Assembly: GCF_006345805.1 (NCBI RefSeq)
Contig: NC_043008.1
Span: forward strand, 32,488,001 to 32,552,000
Direction of reading: 5' to 3'
Length of the DNA: 64,000 nt
DNA from: Octopus sinensis
Taxonomy: Eukaryota
Position numbers and translations under genes: made by a program. A model generated the notes under the pieces. That model was not told where the DNA came from and searched no databases. It saw only the letters and a list, made by a program, of their open reading frames with translations. This document shows positions 1 to 13,034 of the stretch, one piece after another; the first letter of the stretch is position 1, and every line of letters begins with the position of its first letter.

Positions 1-616
1 CTGGTGTTGGTTTGTTTATGTTCCCATAACTTAGCAATTTGGCAATAAGAGACTGCCAAAATAAGAACCAGAATTCAAATAAAGAATTCCTGGAGTCAAT
101 TTGTTTGATAAAATCTTTCTAGGTGGTGACCCTGCATGGCCACAGTCTAATGACTGAAACACAGAAATTAAAGATGTATAAGTGGGTTATTAAATGATAG
201 TGCATATATATATATATTCATATATATATAATACATGCATACACATATATAAAATACACACACACAAATACATATATATATATATATATATATATATGTA
301 TAATACACACTTGTATATTCATATATACACACACATACATGTATCATCATCATTTCACATCCTTTTTTCATGCTGGCATGAGTTATATGGTTTGACTGAA
401 AACTGGTAAGCTGTGGAGCTGCACCAGGTTCCAGTCCTATTTGGCATGGTTTCTACACCTGGATGCCCTTCCTAATGTCAACTACTCCAAGCGTGTGGTG
501 GGTGCTTTTTATGTGCCAGTTACATGACACTGGTGCCAGCCTTGACTATTCATGTATATATACATGTACACATAAATGCATATACAAATATATATTTCAT
601 TGTATTCTCTTTTCAG

Positions 617-769
617 TGGGAACAAAAACTAGAGAAAGGTCAAGAAGACTTTGAGAAAATATCAGAAATAATCCGGAAAGAAGTGAAGTTTTTTGAAGTG
701 TGCAGAGTGGCTGACTTTAAAGCTGCTGTGATTACTTACCTGGAACATTTGATGGAGACTCAACAAAAG
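617..769 (+). CDS. SNX2: Sorting nexin 1/2 (retromer SNX-BAR), penultimate coding exon
   Basis: Acceptor ttctcttttcag|617 and donor 769|gtgagt. The exon is 153 nt, phase 0, and encodes WEQKLEKGQEDFEKISEIIRKEVKFFEVCRVADFKAAVITYLEHLMETQQK, recognisable as the SNX1/2 BAR-domain C-terminal helix. Upstream exons lie outside the window. The symbol is approximate because invertebrates usually have a single SNX1/2 gene. Confidence 0.93.
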
Positions 770-822
770 GTGAGTAATGGATTGAAGAGAAGGATGAAGG
801 CCATAGCTACTACAGAGTTGTG

Positions 823-864
<42 letters not shown>

Positions 865-1073
865 AATAGTAGTTCTTAATTTTGAGACTATAACTCAGTG
901 CATTACCTTCCACTATTATGTAAAAAAAAATTTGACTTGGTAATCAATTGATGTTTTCTCTCTATCTCTCTCTCTTACAAACTATGTATACATACATTTA
1001 CACACACACACACACATATATATAGAGTTTGTGTAAGATATATATGGCCGAATAAGAAATTCCTTTGTACAGT

Positions 1074-1243
1074 ATTATATCTTTGCAAAAGTGAATAGAA
1101 ATGGCATTTCGGATAATTTTTCCACTTTAATAATTTAATGTTCATTAGTTTACATGTCTAGGTTTTCAACCTTTTGTAAATTAATTATTAAAGTGGGATA
1201 ATTATCAGAAAAGCCATTTCTATTCATTTTTGCAAGTAATATA

Positions 1244-1245
<2 letters not shown>
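1074..1245. repeat. Short fold-back element (about 65-bp imperfect inverted arms)
   Basis: attatatctttgcaaaagtgaatagaaatggc...ccactttaataatt pairs with aattattaaagtggg...gccatttctattcatttttgcaagtaatataat. Confidence 0.75.
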
Positions 1246-1296
<51 letters not shown>

Positions 1297-1306
1297 CACC
1301 CACCCA

Positions 1307-2160
1307 CAGGGTGTGGTGAATGAACTGTCATCTAAATTACGCAAAAATGAAAATAACACTGACACCTCATTTTAACAGATATATTTACCAAAATTACATA
1401 AAAAATATCTTGGAACACTAAAGAGTAAATTTATTCAATGAAATCATCATTGGGTTCAACCACACCCTCCAGATGACTTTGGAATCTCCTGCAACTCTTC
1501 TGGACAGTCTCTTTGTTTAGGATGATGAATACTGCCATAATCTTTGCCTTCAGTTGATCTTCGGTGTTACAAGGAGTTTGTTGGTCTCTTGCTCAACTGC
1601 ACCCCACACAATAATCAAGGAGGTTGCAGTCTGAGGAGTTAGGTGACCAGATGTTAGGAGTGACGTGGTTGCAAAAATTGTCTGACAGCCATGACTGGGA
1701 TCCCCTGCTTGTGTGGCATGGGGCAGAGTCCTGTTGCCAGACGTAGGGTTTTCTTGATCCAGGGCAGCACTACCTCCTCCAGGCACTTGATGTAGGTCTC
1801 CATGTTGAGTTTGAGGCTGTGTGGAATGATGAATGGAGGTATATCACTATCACTAGTGATCACTCCAAACACCATGATGTTGACTGGATGTTTGATTTTT
1901 ATTACTCTTGGTATGTCCTCAGATTGACACCCAAACATTCTGAAATGTATGTATTAGAGTTTCCAGCTCAAATGCCAAGCAGTACAACATGTTGTTTCCA
2001 AATTTCAGGCAGAATAAATTGCGTCATGGTGCTGTTTATCTCACAGATGGTCCCCAATTGACCCTACTATACTGTGTAGTTGACAAAATCAAAAACAAAT
2101 AATGCACATGCTCAAAATTAAAAATATAAAATGGTGACAATTTACCCACTGCACCCTATA
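1307..2160 (-). mobile_element. Decayed Tc1/mariner element, maT (DD37D)-like, in the SNX intron
   Basis: Imperfect TIRs cagggtgtggtgaatgaactgtca / tgacaatttacccactgcaccct. Minus-strand peptides KHPVNIMVFGVITSD...YIKCLEEVVLPWIK and a frameshifted WSPNSSDCNLLDY-VWG (SPDxNPLDY-type motif). Confidence 0.8.
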
Positions 2161-2849
2161 TATGTGTGTGTCTTTGTCAATGAACTTTTGTAACCTAGTG
2201 GTTTGGATGTGGCACTCAAAGTTGCAAGATCATCGTTTCAGTTCAGTGTGATGTGTTTCTTGAGCAAAGCACTTTATCGCATGTTGTTTGAGTTCACTCA
2301 GCTGCAAATGAGTAACCCTGTGGTCGACTGGCATCCCATTCAGACAATGTTGTGGTCTCTGTCACTTAAATATGCTATGTATCTTGTCATTACATTCATA
2401 ATTTTCTTCACAATAAAGCATCCTTTTAGTTAAGTGGAATAAGATGGTATATTATTGACTTTCAGCTGACCAAATGAGATAAGATAGTACACAACTGGCT
2501 CATGAGTTGATCTGGTAACATCCTGCTTTTTTTGTTTTCCTCTCACAGACAGTGCCTCAAGGACTACATTTGATTTCTTAAGTTAGTAAAGTATGATTTG
2601 AAGGAAAGCTGGTTGTTGTTTCTAACAGGTTGAGCAATGACGCAGAAGCTCTCTTAATGGTTTGAACTTTTCAGTTGCACTAGAAATTGCAATGTTTTAT
2701 TTGGCAACGTAATGTCTTCGTTTTCCAGGGTATATAATTAGTTACATTGACTCACCTTGATACCTGCTTGACAGACCAATAATTATTTTATTGACCTTGG
2801 AAACAAGAAAAATCTAGACTCAGAATTTAAAAGGGATCAAATATCTTTT

Positions 2850-3438
2850 ATCTTTTACTTTTTTGCCATAGGACTGTGGCCATGCTGGGCCACCACCTTG
2901 AATGGTTCAGTAAAAAAAAAATCAATGGGAGTACTTAATTTTTAAGTTTGGTACTTATTATATCAGTCACTTTTGCTGAACTGCTAATGTTTGGAGGACA
3001 TAAACAAACCAACACCAGTTGTCATTTGGTGGTGAGGATAGACATACACACAATACTTAGAGTTTCTGCCTACCAGATTTACTCACGCCGTTAATTGGCC
3101 CAGGGTTATGGAAGACGGCACTTGCCTAAGGTGCGACACATTGAGACTGAACCCAAAACCATGTGGTTGCAAGTTTCGTAACCATATGGCTATGCCTACA
3201 CCTATAAAAGTATGCTAAATATTTAGGTTACTCTAGAGCTTTTACAGCCGAAGTAAAATAAATTTAAGTAGGTGCAGGTATGACTGTGTGGCAAGAAGCT
3301 AGCTTCCCAACCAGACTGTTCTAAGTTCAGTCCCACTGCATGGCACTTGGGTGTTTTCTACTATAGCCTCATGCCAATCAAAGCTTTGTGAGTGGATTTG
3401 GTAAACGGAAACTGAAAGAAACCTGTTGCGTCTATGTA

Positions 3439-3502
<64 letters not shown>

Positions 3503-4058
3503 TTTATTCTTTTACTTGTTTGTCATTTGACTGCGACTTAATATGGAGCACCGCCTTGAAGGGTTTTAGTTGAAGAAATCAACTCCAGAACTTATTCTTT
3601 GTAAGCCTGGTACTTATGCTATTAGTCTCCTTTGCCAAACTGCTAAGTTATGGGGACATGAACATACCAGCATCAGTTGTCAAGTGATGGTGGAGAGGAC
3701 AAACACAGACACTCAGATATATTAACATATATATACCATGGGCTTCTTTCAGTTTCCGTCTAGCAAATCCACTCACAAGGCTTTGGTCAGCCCAAGGCTT
3801 TAGTAGATGACACTTGCCCAAGGTGCCATGCGTTGGGACTGAACCTGGAACTATGTATGTCTTTGAGTCTGTTCACCACCACTGCTTGTTGGTGTGTTTA
3901 CATCCTTGTAACTTAGTGGTTCAGCAAAAGAGATAAATAGAATAAGTACCAGGCTCGAAAACAAAAGAACTTGGGTTGATTCATTTGACTAAAAACTCTT
4001 CAAGGCAGTGCCCCAGCATAGCCTCAGCCTAATGACTGAAACAGGTAAAGGTAAAAAG
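2850..4058. mobile_element. Cluster of tRNA-derived SINE family A copies (about 2850-3200 -, 3272-3432 +, 3500-3853 -, 3860-4058 +)
   Basis: Shared head gtgtgg(t)aagaagcttgcttcccaacc...ggttcagtcccactgc, body tgagtggatttggtagacggaaactg, and tail ccagcatggccgcagtc...atgactgaaacaagtaaaag. The same family occurs at 1-172, 5195-5628 (-), 6033-6396, 10950-11152, 13390-13760, 23290-23452 (-) and 44010-44366 (-). Confidence 0.85.
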
Positions 4059-4349
4059 TTTACATATATCAAATATTATTTGTCCAGAAGGGAGGGGAAT
4101 CTGAAATATCCACTCTGATGGAGGAATCAGTTCTTTTGTTTCAAGACAATATTTCTGCAGAAATGACCCTGCGACTGTGGTACACGGACAAATATGTTGT
4201 AGGCCAACCCATGTTAGCAACAAAGAAAGTTAAAATGGTGAGGATGTCTTCCCATCCCTTCTCCCCATGTGTAGGGATTCACATCTTTTAAAAAAGTCAT
4301 TATTGTTTCTAATCCATTTCTTTTTTTTTTTCTTCTTCTTCTTTTACAG

Positions 4350-4400
4350 CTTATTAAATACTGGGAAGCATTTTTACCTGAAGCTAAAGCAATTGCGTGA
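4350..4400 (+). CDS. SNX2: Sorting nexin 1/2, last coding exon
   Basis: Long polypyrimidine tract and ttttacag|4350. Encodes LIKYWEAFLPEAKAIA then TGA, in frame with the previous exon and matching the SNX2 C-terminus as I recall it. Too short for the ORF track. Confidence 0.95.
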   Translation, partial: LIKYWEAFLPEAKAIA

Positions 4401-5128
4401 TAAAAGCAAGGTGACATCCTTAATCTACAGGAGTCAGGGTGGAAAGTTGAGATGATATGGAGTGAGTTGGAGTGAATATGGAAGACCTCGTGTGACTAAC
4501 AATGTCTGCGTAAATATGGCATTTGGTGTTTGTAACAGCAGCAGCAGCAGCAGTTGTGTTGGTGGTGTTTAGTGATTTCAGCAGGGTTGTTGGTGATTGC
4601 ACACAGTACCCACACTTCTTTTATTAGCAGCTGGCACACCACCCTGTATCACTATCATCCCTCTCTATCACCACTATTAACTAGTGATATATATACACAT
4701 ATATATATACAGACACACACACCCATATTCATTCATGCATGTGTGTGTGTGTATGTATTTATATATACATATATACCAATATTGAATTATACTTCTGGAA
4801 TTATCTAACTCACTACCATTATTCAGCTCCAATCATGACAACTGTCATATATAAATATATTTTATATATACATATATATATAGATATATATATATATAGA
4901 TATTATATATATTATATATATGCCATATATATATGTATGTATATATATTTTGTACTCTTTGTATAAATGATTAAAGACAAACAACACATAAGGATTTTTT
5001 CTTCCTCGCTTTTCGTAAAAAAGAAATTTGATTATATTTTGTTTTCTTGTTATTGTTACTTGCTTCCTGATATGAAAGTTCCTCTGAAAAGAAAAAGAAA
5101 AAAGAAAATTTTTCCTGGTGTTAAAAGA

Positions 5129-5134
5129 AATAAA
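5129..5134 (+). terminator. Candidate polyadenylation signal of the SNX1/2 3'UTR
   Basis: AATAAA about 730 nt after the stop codon, followed by T/GT-rich sequence. Inference only. Confidence 0.4.
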
Positions 5135-5643
5135 CTATGCTCTAATCTTTCACTAGTTTTTTTGATTTCCCCCTTATTTGTTGCTTTCTTTTATTTTTCT
5201 GTCTTGTGCTTGTTTCGGTTATCAGACTGCGGTCATGCTGGAGCCACTGCCATGAGAGGATTTTAGTCAAATTGCCCCCCCCCACCACCACCAATCCCTC
5301 TCAGTACTTATTTTTTACAGTTTGTTATTTTATCAGTCTTGTTTGCTGATTTGCTCAGTACAGGGATGTAAACAAATCACCACCAGTCGTCAAGCTGTTG
5401 GTGTGGAGGCACAGCCAAACATACTCATGCATACACACACACACACACACATAAATGTGCACATGTACATGGCAGGCTTCTAAACATTTCTGTCTACCAA
5501 ATTACAAGGCATTGGTCAGCCTGAGGCTATAGTAGAAGACACTTACCCAAGGTGCCGTGCAGTGGGACTGAACCAAAACTACATGGTTGCAAAGCATACT
5601 TCTTAACCACACAGCCATGCCTGCACCTAAAAGTATACAACAC

Positions 5644-5715
5644 CTCCCTATTGTATAACCAAACCCTGGTCTACTATGCAACAGGCAGGGATACTAACCA
5701 CTATACAACTGAGGA
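5644..5715 (-). pseudogene. tRNA-Asp-derived pseudogene
   Basis: Minus strand TCCTCAGTTGTATAGTGGTTAGTATCCCTGCCTGTTGCATAGTAGACCAGGGTTTGGTTATACAATAGGGAG (72 nt) is colinear with the eukaryotic tRNA-Asp(GTC) consensus. The anticodon reads GTT and the anticodon and T stems are broken. Confidence 0.8.
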
Positions 5716-8700
5716 CTTGCTTTCTTAGACTTTTTAAAAACGTCCATTTTTTGAAATATTTTTTTTATTCATGTTTAGTCTCTCCAGATGATTGAAGTGG
5801 CTTCAAGTTTAACAGTATTCTAAAATCCCCGTCAGTCTGCACAAATACTCTAGCTTGATGGACTGATAGGATAGACTGGACATTATTCCGAGACATTTAA
5901 GTTAAACTGGTCTTGTTAATCTTCTTACACAATAAGAGTTATATTGTGTCGTAGTTTAGCTTCAAGTTAGTGCTTTAATCAGGTTGACTGTTGATCTTTG
6001 TCATGACCGTGCTGCATGTTTTGTGTATATGGGTGTAGGCCTAGCTGTGTGGTTAAGAAGCTTGCTTCACAATCATATGGTTTCAGGTTCAATTCACAGC
6101 ATGGCACCTGAAGCGTCTTTTACTATAGTCCCAGTCCAAACAGTATCCTATGAGTGAATGTTGATGTAAACTGTATGGAAGCCTGTGTGTGCGTATGTTT
6201 GTGTTCTCCTCCTCCTGCCATTGCTTGATAACCAGTGTTGGTTTATTTACATCCATATAACTCAGTAGTTTGGCAAAGGTGACCAGTAAAATAAGTACCA
6301 GACTTGCAAAAATAAGCACTGAGGATGATTTGTTCAACTAAACCCTCCAAGATGTTGCTCCAGTATGGCTGCAGTCCAATGAATGAAACAAGTAAATGGT
6401 AAATGATATCTAGAGCTATTTTATCCAGTGTGTTTTTTTTTTCTTTAATCCTTTTTGGACACCCAGGCCGATGAATCGGCCTGATGAAACGTGTTGTGAA
6501 TGGTTGGTTTTGAAGTATAATAGTTAACAAGAGATCGTCTTTCCGTCGATGTATCTCAATAGAAAAAAAATTTGCTCGTTTTGGCTACACATACCAAAAC
6601 ATTGTGTACCTCAAAAGGGTTAAGATGGAAGAGAGTATGATTTGAAGAAGATTTGACTGCTACTTATAACAAGTCAAGCAAACGTATAGTAGTTCTTTCA
6701 TTAACTTGAATTATAGAACACGTGTGTGTGTATTTTCATTTCTCTGAATAGTATGAAAAGTGAAATGAACTGATTTAACATCGGCGTCATCGACTTGTAT
6801 TAGTTTTAATCAACTGAATCCTCTATTCATTGTATAATTATTGAGTATAGATACCAGTAATAAGTCGAGTCTGGTCCTTTTGAATTTATGAGTGCAGTTA
6901 ATCAGACGAGCTTCCACACAATCTCCATCTAGCTAATTTAGTTTACAACCTATGACTGTGATTGGAGACATTTGCCCTACGATGGTATCATGCAATGGAA
7001 ACAAACCCGAGACCTCATGATTGCAAAGTGCTGCACAGGGCCACACAGTCAAAATATCCAACAGTAGAACAGCTAGATTATTTATTCAACTCCATTATAC
7101 GCACCTTGTTCAATGAACTGTGCTTTCGCTATTTCTGTGGCGCATTTGTATCTATGAAATACAAGAAGCATATGTGAATGCACGCTGAGTCAAAAAGTGG
7201 TTGTACTAGCAGCAGAACGGTACTTGCAGTAGAAAAAGAAGACAAGAAATAGCGAGGTCAGGTCATTCGGTGCTGCATTAGGCCTCACTGGTGTGTTAGG
7301 AAACGATTTGAATCTAACAGAAATGTACAGCAAAGGCGCCCAACCCATGCCACCATGAGAAGACAAGAAGGAATGATATGGTTGAATCTCAGGAGCTGAG
7401 AAAAGATGATGAATAATGAATGCTACGTTGTATGATAAACCCGTCCAACCCATACTAGCGTGGATAAATTTTGATGCGATGAAAGACCTGCTATTTGTTA
7501 TATAAACCCTTATATAAGGTTTTTATATAGTCAGTGAAATACTTCTACATGGCCGCTCACATTACTGGAAACGGCTGTCAAATCTCCCTCAAAATAATTA
7601 TACTCGATCACAGAGGTTCATAAATTATATATTTAAAAGCTTTAGAAAACCTACATGAATGCTTTAGCATCTTGAAAATGGTGATAATTTTTGTGAGGGA
7701 TACCTTTCGCCGCGGAAATAGTCCAGAAAGTTCTCATAGATGTTATGAGTGAAAGCACCTCATTGGGCCATTAAGGACGTGTTTGCACACATTTTGTCTA
7801 TGGAAGCAAATTTTACCTGAGACTGTTTCCGCTATGAAAAGTCTTTCCATGTCCGAGTATATACAAACGTGAAATATAGTGCTGTTTCATGCGTCTCAAG
7901 CGAATCAATATCATAATTTCGTTATACACTAATACGCAGGTGTGGTTAAGAGGTTTGCTTCACAATCACGATACCCTCAGCCCGACCGACCACCACCACA
8001 TGTCCCTTTGGACAATTATGTTTACTATAGGGACATATAGATGAAATTGCTCAGACGTTAACTGTGTGAAGACCCGTCAGTTGGTTTGCATTCGTAATCC
8101 AAACAGCCAGCTTTGTATCATGCTAATTTGACTTGGGTATAACTTATGATATATGTGTCTGTAGAATATACAGGCAGTTATTAAACGTCAGTTTAACAAG
8201 CTGAACATTCATGAGATCAAACAACTGAATGCTCAACCTATCATCCACAAATATGACTAAAAGAACAAGATAAGCAATACTTTTCAATACTTATTCTAAG
8301 GCAGCAAGCTGACAGAATCGCTCTGACTGCTTGCCACTGTACTTGCTTGGATCAAGTTACCCGAATGGCATGAAACGCACGTTCGTGTCGGTCATGGCCA
8401 AGAGCAATACTTCTCTTTGTCCTTCAGTTGCCAAACGAAGAGCAGCTTTCAGTCGGAATTAAGAAGGGACGATTCCACCTCTGCCCTTTTTTCCTCTCTG
8501 TCAGCAGAGTGCAATGCTTACTCTTTCTCTTTCTGTCAGCAGAACGCAGAACTAACAACCACCTGCGAGCGATAAACATACCAACAATTTATTACTATCA
8601 ATTACTGTTGCATCCTAGCAGCCTCCTATATAACTACATTCACTAGTTTAATTTCAGACTTATATAATTTTTTTTTTTTTTTGATACACACCATACCTAA

Positions 8701-11591
8701 TATTTACTTATAACTGTCAAATCATATCCTAATTCAAACACAACTATGCCTTTCCATTTGACACCTCATAGAAATAATGCCAGGTCATAGAAATAATGCT
8801 TTCAGTGTGCTCGGAAATAAAAAGAAAACAAACTAAAATATAAGAATGTTTTAGAGGTTGCCTATTCCGCGGAATATTCACGGGCGCATCTGATGTTAAA
8901 TCAGAATATCTGGTATTGGGCGGTAGTGAATACGTATTGAAGCAAAGTGGAATATGTGAACATACAAAGTGTGTATGAACACCACGCTAGATTCGAACCC
9001 GCGTCTCCCAGTGATCTAATCATGTGAGAACCAATATTCGAAGGCGAAGTATTGAACAAACTGTTCATGTTTCAGCAAGAAAACAATGCATAATAGTAAA
9101 CCTATGTCTCCTCTCCAAATCTCAACTCAACAAGATCACTTCACGGAGGAGCTTATATAATCACCGAGGCTAACGATTAAAGTTAAAAAAAAAAAAATGG
9201 ACACGAAAGCAAATGTAGTCCTAGATAAAACAAAAAGGTAGAGATGGTCGTGGCAGGAATGCTTTCGATCAAAGCTGGCCAGCTAAGCTACAACTACAAT
9301 AACAGCAACCATATGGACATAAAACGGAGGAAGCATGACAGCTTCAAAGATAAAATTCCTGCACAGTCACGATTCTTAACTTCCACTGACTTCGGTAAAA
9401 TTTTCGATTCCATTCTCTGCTATGTACTTATTCACAAAATATTCATTGCCCCTTTAAGAAATAACACAAAACGCTATTTAGGAAAGTAGAGGTCGCCAAG
9501 GCTATGTAATGTACAAAAACAACACTTCCCGAACTTGCAATTTCCGGAATGTCGTACTATCACTTCATTCAACTCTTAAATCTATATCTACAAGACTTTC
9601 GCCGCATCTTCTGAAAACGAACAGACAGCTGCATATTCGAATGACTAGATAATCACATCCTTTTATTATTTTCTAATCAAAGCTGCACAACTGCACAAAC
9701 CGTCACTGAATCGCCTTGAAATCATGCTCCAATGAGGTTAAAGTAGTCCTTATTTTTAGATGTACTGTCTTACTTTTATAAATGACACAAGGGAACATTT
9801 AATACAACCATCACGCTCAACCACAGACACTACAACACTGACAGAAGATAAAAAATACAGTATCGGACTTCTAATCCAGCTTCCAGAAATCCGGGAATAT
9901 TGTGCAAAGTTGTGCCCTGTAAGAAGACCCTGCTTTTGAAGTTTATATATAGAGTGTAAAACATAGTTTTGTTTACTTTTTAAGGTGTATTGATAAAGGT
10001 TCCTGCGTACTCTGCTTTACGAGTGTATTAATGTGTACTTGTATCAAATAAAATAATGTTCTTGACTTTTCTTAATTTAATTTTCATCCTGTAAAATATT
10101 ATATGGTATAGTGTGAACAAATTTGAGAATATTAAGTGGATTAATGAACATATACTACTTTAGAAGTGTATTAATCTGAATCTGTTAAACACAATTTAGC
10201 TCTTTATGTTTCATAGTTTATTTTATATTTTGAGTATATATTTAGGCTGTCTCCAGAAAAATGGAAAATCAAGAAATTGAGGCCATTTCTGGCCCCAGGC
10301 TTGTCAGATATTTGGTCCGGTACTCTACTAAATAGATGTTACATATGATAACTCCTCAACATTTACAGCATATATCAAAGTGACAGTCATGAAAACAAAT
10401 TGATGCACAAAATATTGGTTTCAAAATCTGGGCACAAGGCCAACAATTTCGGGGGATGGGGTAAGTCGATTACATCGACCCCAGCACTCATCTGGTACTT
10501 ATTTTATCGATGAAATTTGCTGCGGTATTAAATTTTGTCCCACGAATATTAAGGTAGATCTTATTTTCAGTACTTTGTTTTTGTCATTGTGTCGTAGGTG
10601 GAATGTGGATGTCGTCAGTATTCAATTTAATTCTTTGTAGCTTATGCGGTTTGTTACTGAGAGATTAGAGGCCCAGGTAAGTTGGGATAATCCATTATTG
10701 TGCGTACGTCATTGCTGTTTCGTTTCTGTTTGCATACTATGGTACCCATATTTGTTCTCAATATTTTGTGCGGCACAAAGGTGGCGTCTGGGTTAATGTT
10801 TGTTTCATTTTGTCATTGAGCATTGAGATGGCTGTGAGGTGTGCTAACAATAACAGCTAAATAAGATTTTTAGGATAAATCTTTTAAATTAAAGTTTATT
10901 TGCCGACATCTCGCTCAGAGATTAAAAACTGTTTTTCTGTTTAATATTATGTCTTTGTCCCTCTCCACCGTTTGACAACCGGCGTTGGCTTGTTTACGTC
11001 TCCGTAACTTCGCGATTCAGCAAAAGAGAACGATCGAATAAGTACCAAACTTTAAAAAATTAGTATTGGGGTCGATTCGTTCGACTAAAACCCCTCAAGG
11101 TGGTGCCCCAGCATGACCGCAGCCCAATGACTGAAACAAGTAAAAGATAAAAGAGAAAATATGATTTTAACTGCTCCTGAATCCAAACAATTGAGTAATC
11201 ATCCTTTTATGAATTTTTCTTCTACACTGTTTATTTTTCGTTATGTAATTGGAATTAATTGGAAAATGAAAATTAAATTTTAATGAGTTAATAAAACAAA
11301 CACTAAAAGAGAATTTAATGTGTAATATCGTTTTTTTTTTCTCGTTAATTTGATGTCTCGAATATACAAGTAGAAACAGGTTGGCGCTATAATCAATTAA
11401 TCCGACTTGTAATCTTTAATTTCTTCATAACAAACTACAATAAAGTACTAAGTACACAGAACAGAATAATAGCAGGGTATATACAGGTCTCATCCACATT
11501 ACCACTAACAAAAGAATAAAAAGCCATTATATTTATTTTATCGATCCAACACAGATTAAAATGTACTGAATTCGAAGAACGATGATACAAC

Positions 11592-11820
11592 GCGCTGAAA
11601 GAACACATTCCAGGTGTATTTTGCCTCAACCCTAATGCTGAAAGAGCATTCTTAAGGTACTTTCCTTTAGCTCTAGTCCTGAAAGAAACTCCCTGCACTA
11701 CTTAACTATTGGCCCTAGTGCTGAAGAAACATTTTTCTAATGTATAGCCCCCCCCCAGTCTTAGTGCCGAAAGAACACTTCTGTGGAATACATATTCGCA
11801 GCTCTACTGCTAAAACATAA
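11592..11820 (+). repeat. Degenerate tandem repeat, 6 units, period 41-46 bp
   Basis: Core (c)ctagtgctgaaagaacacatt recurs at about 11594, 11637, 11678, 11720, 11766 and 11809, with divergent intervening sequence. Confidence 0.75.
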
Positions 11821-12710
11821 TTTGGTACGCTACCATTTCTGTCTGTCTTTTCTTTTAGTCACAGCCGGAACATTTTTGATTATAGATCTGTTTTATCCAG
11901 ACTAACCTTGTGGTTAATCTATAACAACACGAGCCCACCGAGAAACCATCTAAGTAGTCACTCACTCTGCTTGAAAAAGCAGTCAAATCTTCCTCAGATT
12001 TCATCTTTCCATCTTAAGAAAATGTACATGTTGGATAATGCAGAGTTAGATTTCTTAACATTGGAAAACGATGAAATGGTCATAACTGGAATGTCTTAGG
12101 ACCAGGAACAGGGGTTTGCAGGGACTGCAAGCGCTCTCTAAAATATTTGTAGAACAATGCAAACGCTTTGAATATCTTGGGGGTGGACCTGGGTTTGCAC
12201 CCTGGAAGCAAATTTCGTTCCCGTACTTATGCTAATAACGACTCAAACCAAACGCGAGAGCCTCGACATGGTGACTCAATCTGCTAGAAATTAATGTGTC
12301 AACCAAATCTCTTCATGTTTTATTTGAATTTGATGTCTTCAGAAGGATACACTGGGCAATAATAAATCACCAGGTATGCTACTTTCTGAACACAAAGCAG
12401 GGTTGTCAAGATTGCAATGCTTTCGATCATAAATCTGGTTGACCTGAAGTTAAATAACATCAACAAACTCTAATGTTGAATTTGTCAATAGGCATAAAGT
12501 GTAGATTCATAAGGTAACAGGAAATCAGATGGGGTGATGTTTATGCTTTTTCAATAAATAATACTTGTAAAAGGGAAACGAAACAGCTTCTATCAAGGAT
12601 TAAAAACCCTGTCGTGTCCTGAGCATGCTGGGAGATTAGTTTCTGTTCTTTGCTTTATGGCCTGCTTTTGAGATGCTTAAAAAAATCATGTTATATTATA
12701 TATTATATTT

Positions 12711-13034
12711 CAGAGGTCTTCAATCATTTTTTTTTAATCTATGGACCCCTTTGATTACTAATTTATTCTGGTAGACTCTCGTAGCCATTCGAACTTCTAA
12801 CATTCCTATTTCATTTTTTACTCATTAACTTGTGTAGATTGAACTTTGTAAAACGTTAGAGAAAGAAACCAAGCTGATTTTTGCAATGCATATCAATACA
12901 TACATCCAAAGCAAAATTTTTTCAGGGCCTTAAAATACTATTGTGGTTGCCCAATTTACTATTCTGCTACGTGGACCCCCAAAAATCTTATATAGACTTT
13001 CAGGGACCATATGGACCCCAGTTAAGAACCACTG
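12711..13034. mobile_element. hAT (Charlie-type) MITE
   Basis: TIRs cagaggtcttcaa / ttaagaaccactg, subterminal atggacccc repeats, and an 8-bp TSD ttatattt / ttatactt (7/8 match). A second end-like segment lies at about 13140-13190. Confidence 0.8.

Noticed and set aside
524-943. 139-aa ORF as a single-exon gene
   Set aside because: Only 617-769 is coding. The flanks are intron sequence bounded by canonical splice sites.
6466-6498. Hairpin caggccgat-ga-atcggcctg followed by GAAACGTGTT, possible hammerhead
   Set aside because: No core upstream of the hairpin and no stem I can be drawn.
8975-9078. Minus-strand tRNA-like sequence with ggttcgaatc B box
   Set aside because: Too degenerate to fold into a cloverleaf or assign.
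9520-10350. ETS-like ttccgg motifs and a possible exon after tttag at about 10245
   Set aside because: Short motifs are expected by chance, and all frames stop quickly with no recognisable product.
11592-11820. CRISPR array
   Set aside because: Eukaryotic context, imperfect non-palindromic repeats, short spacers and no cas genes. Kept only as a tandem repeat.
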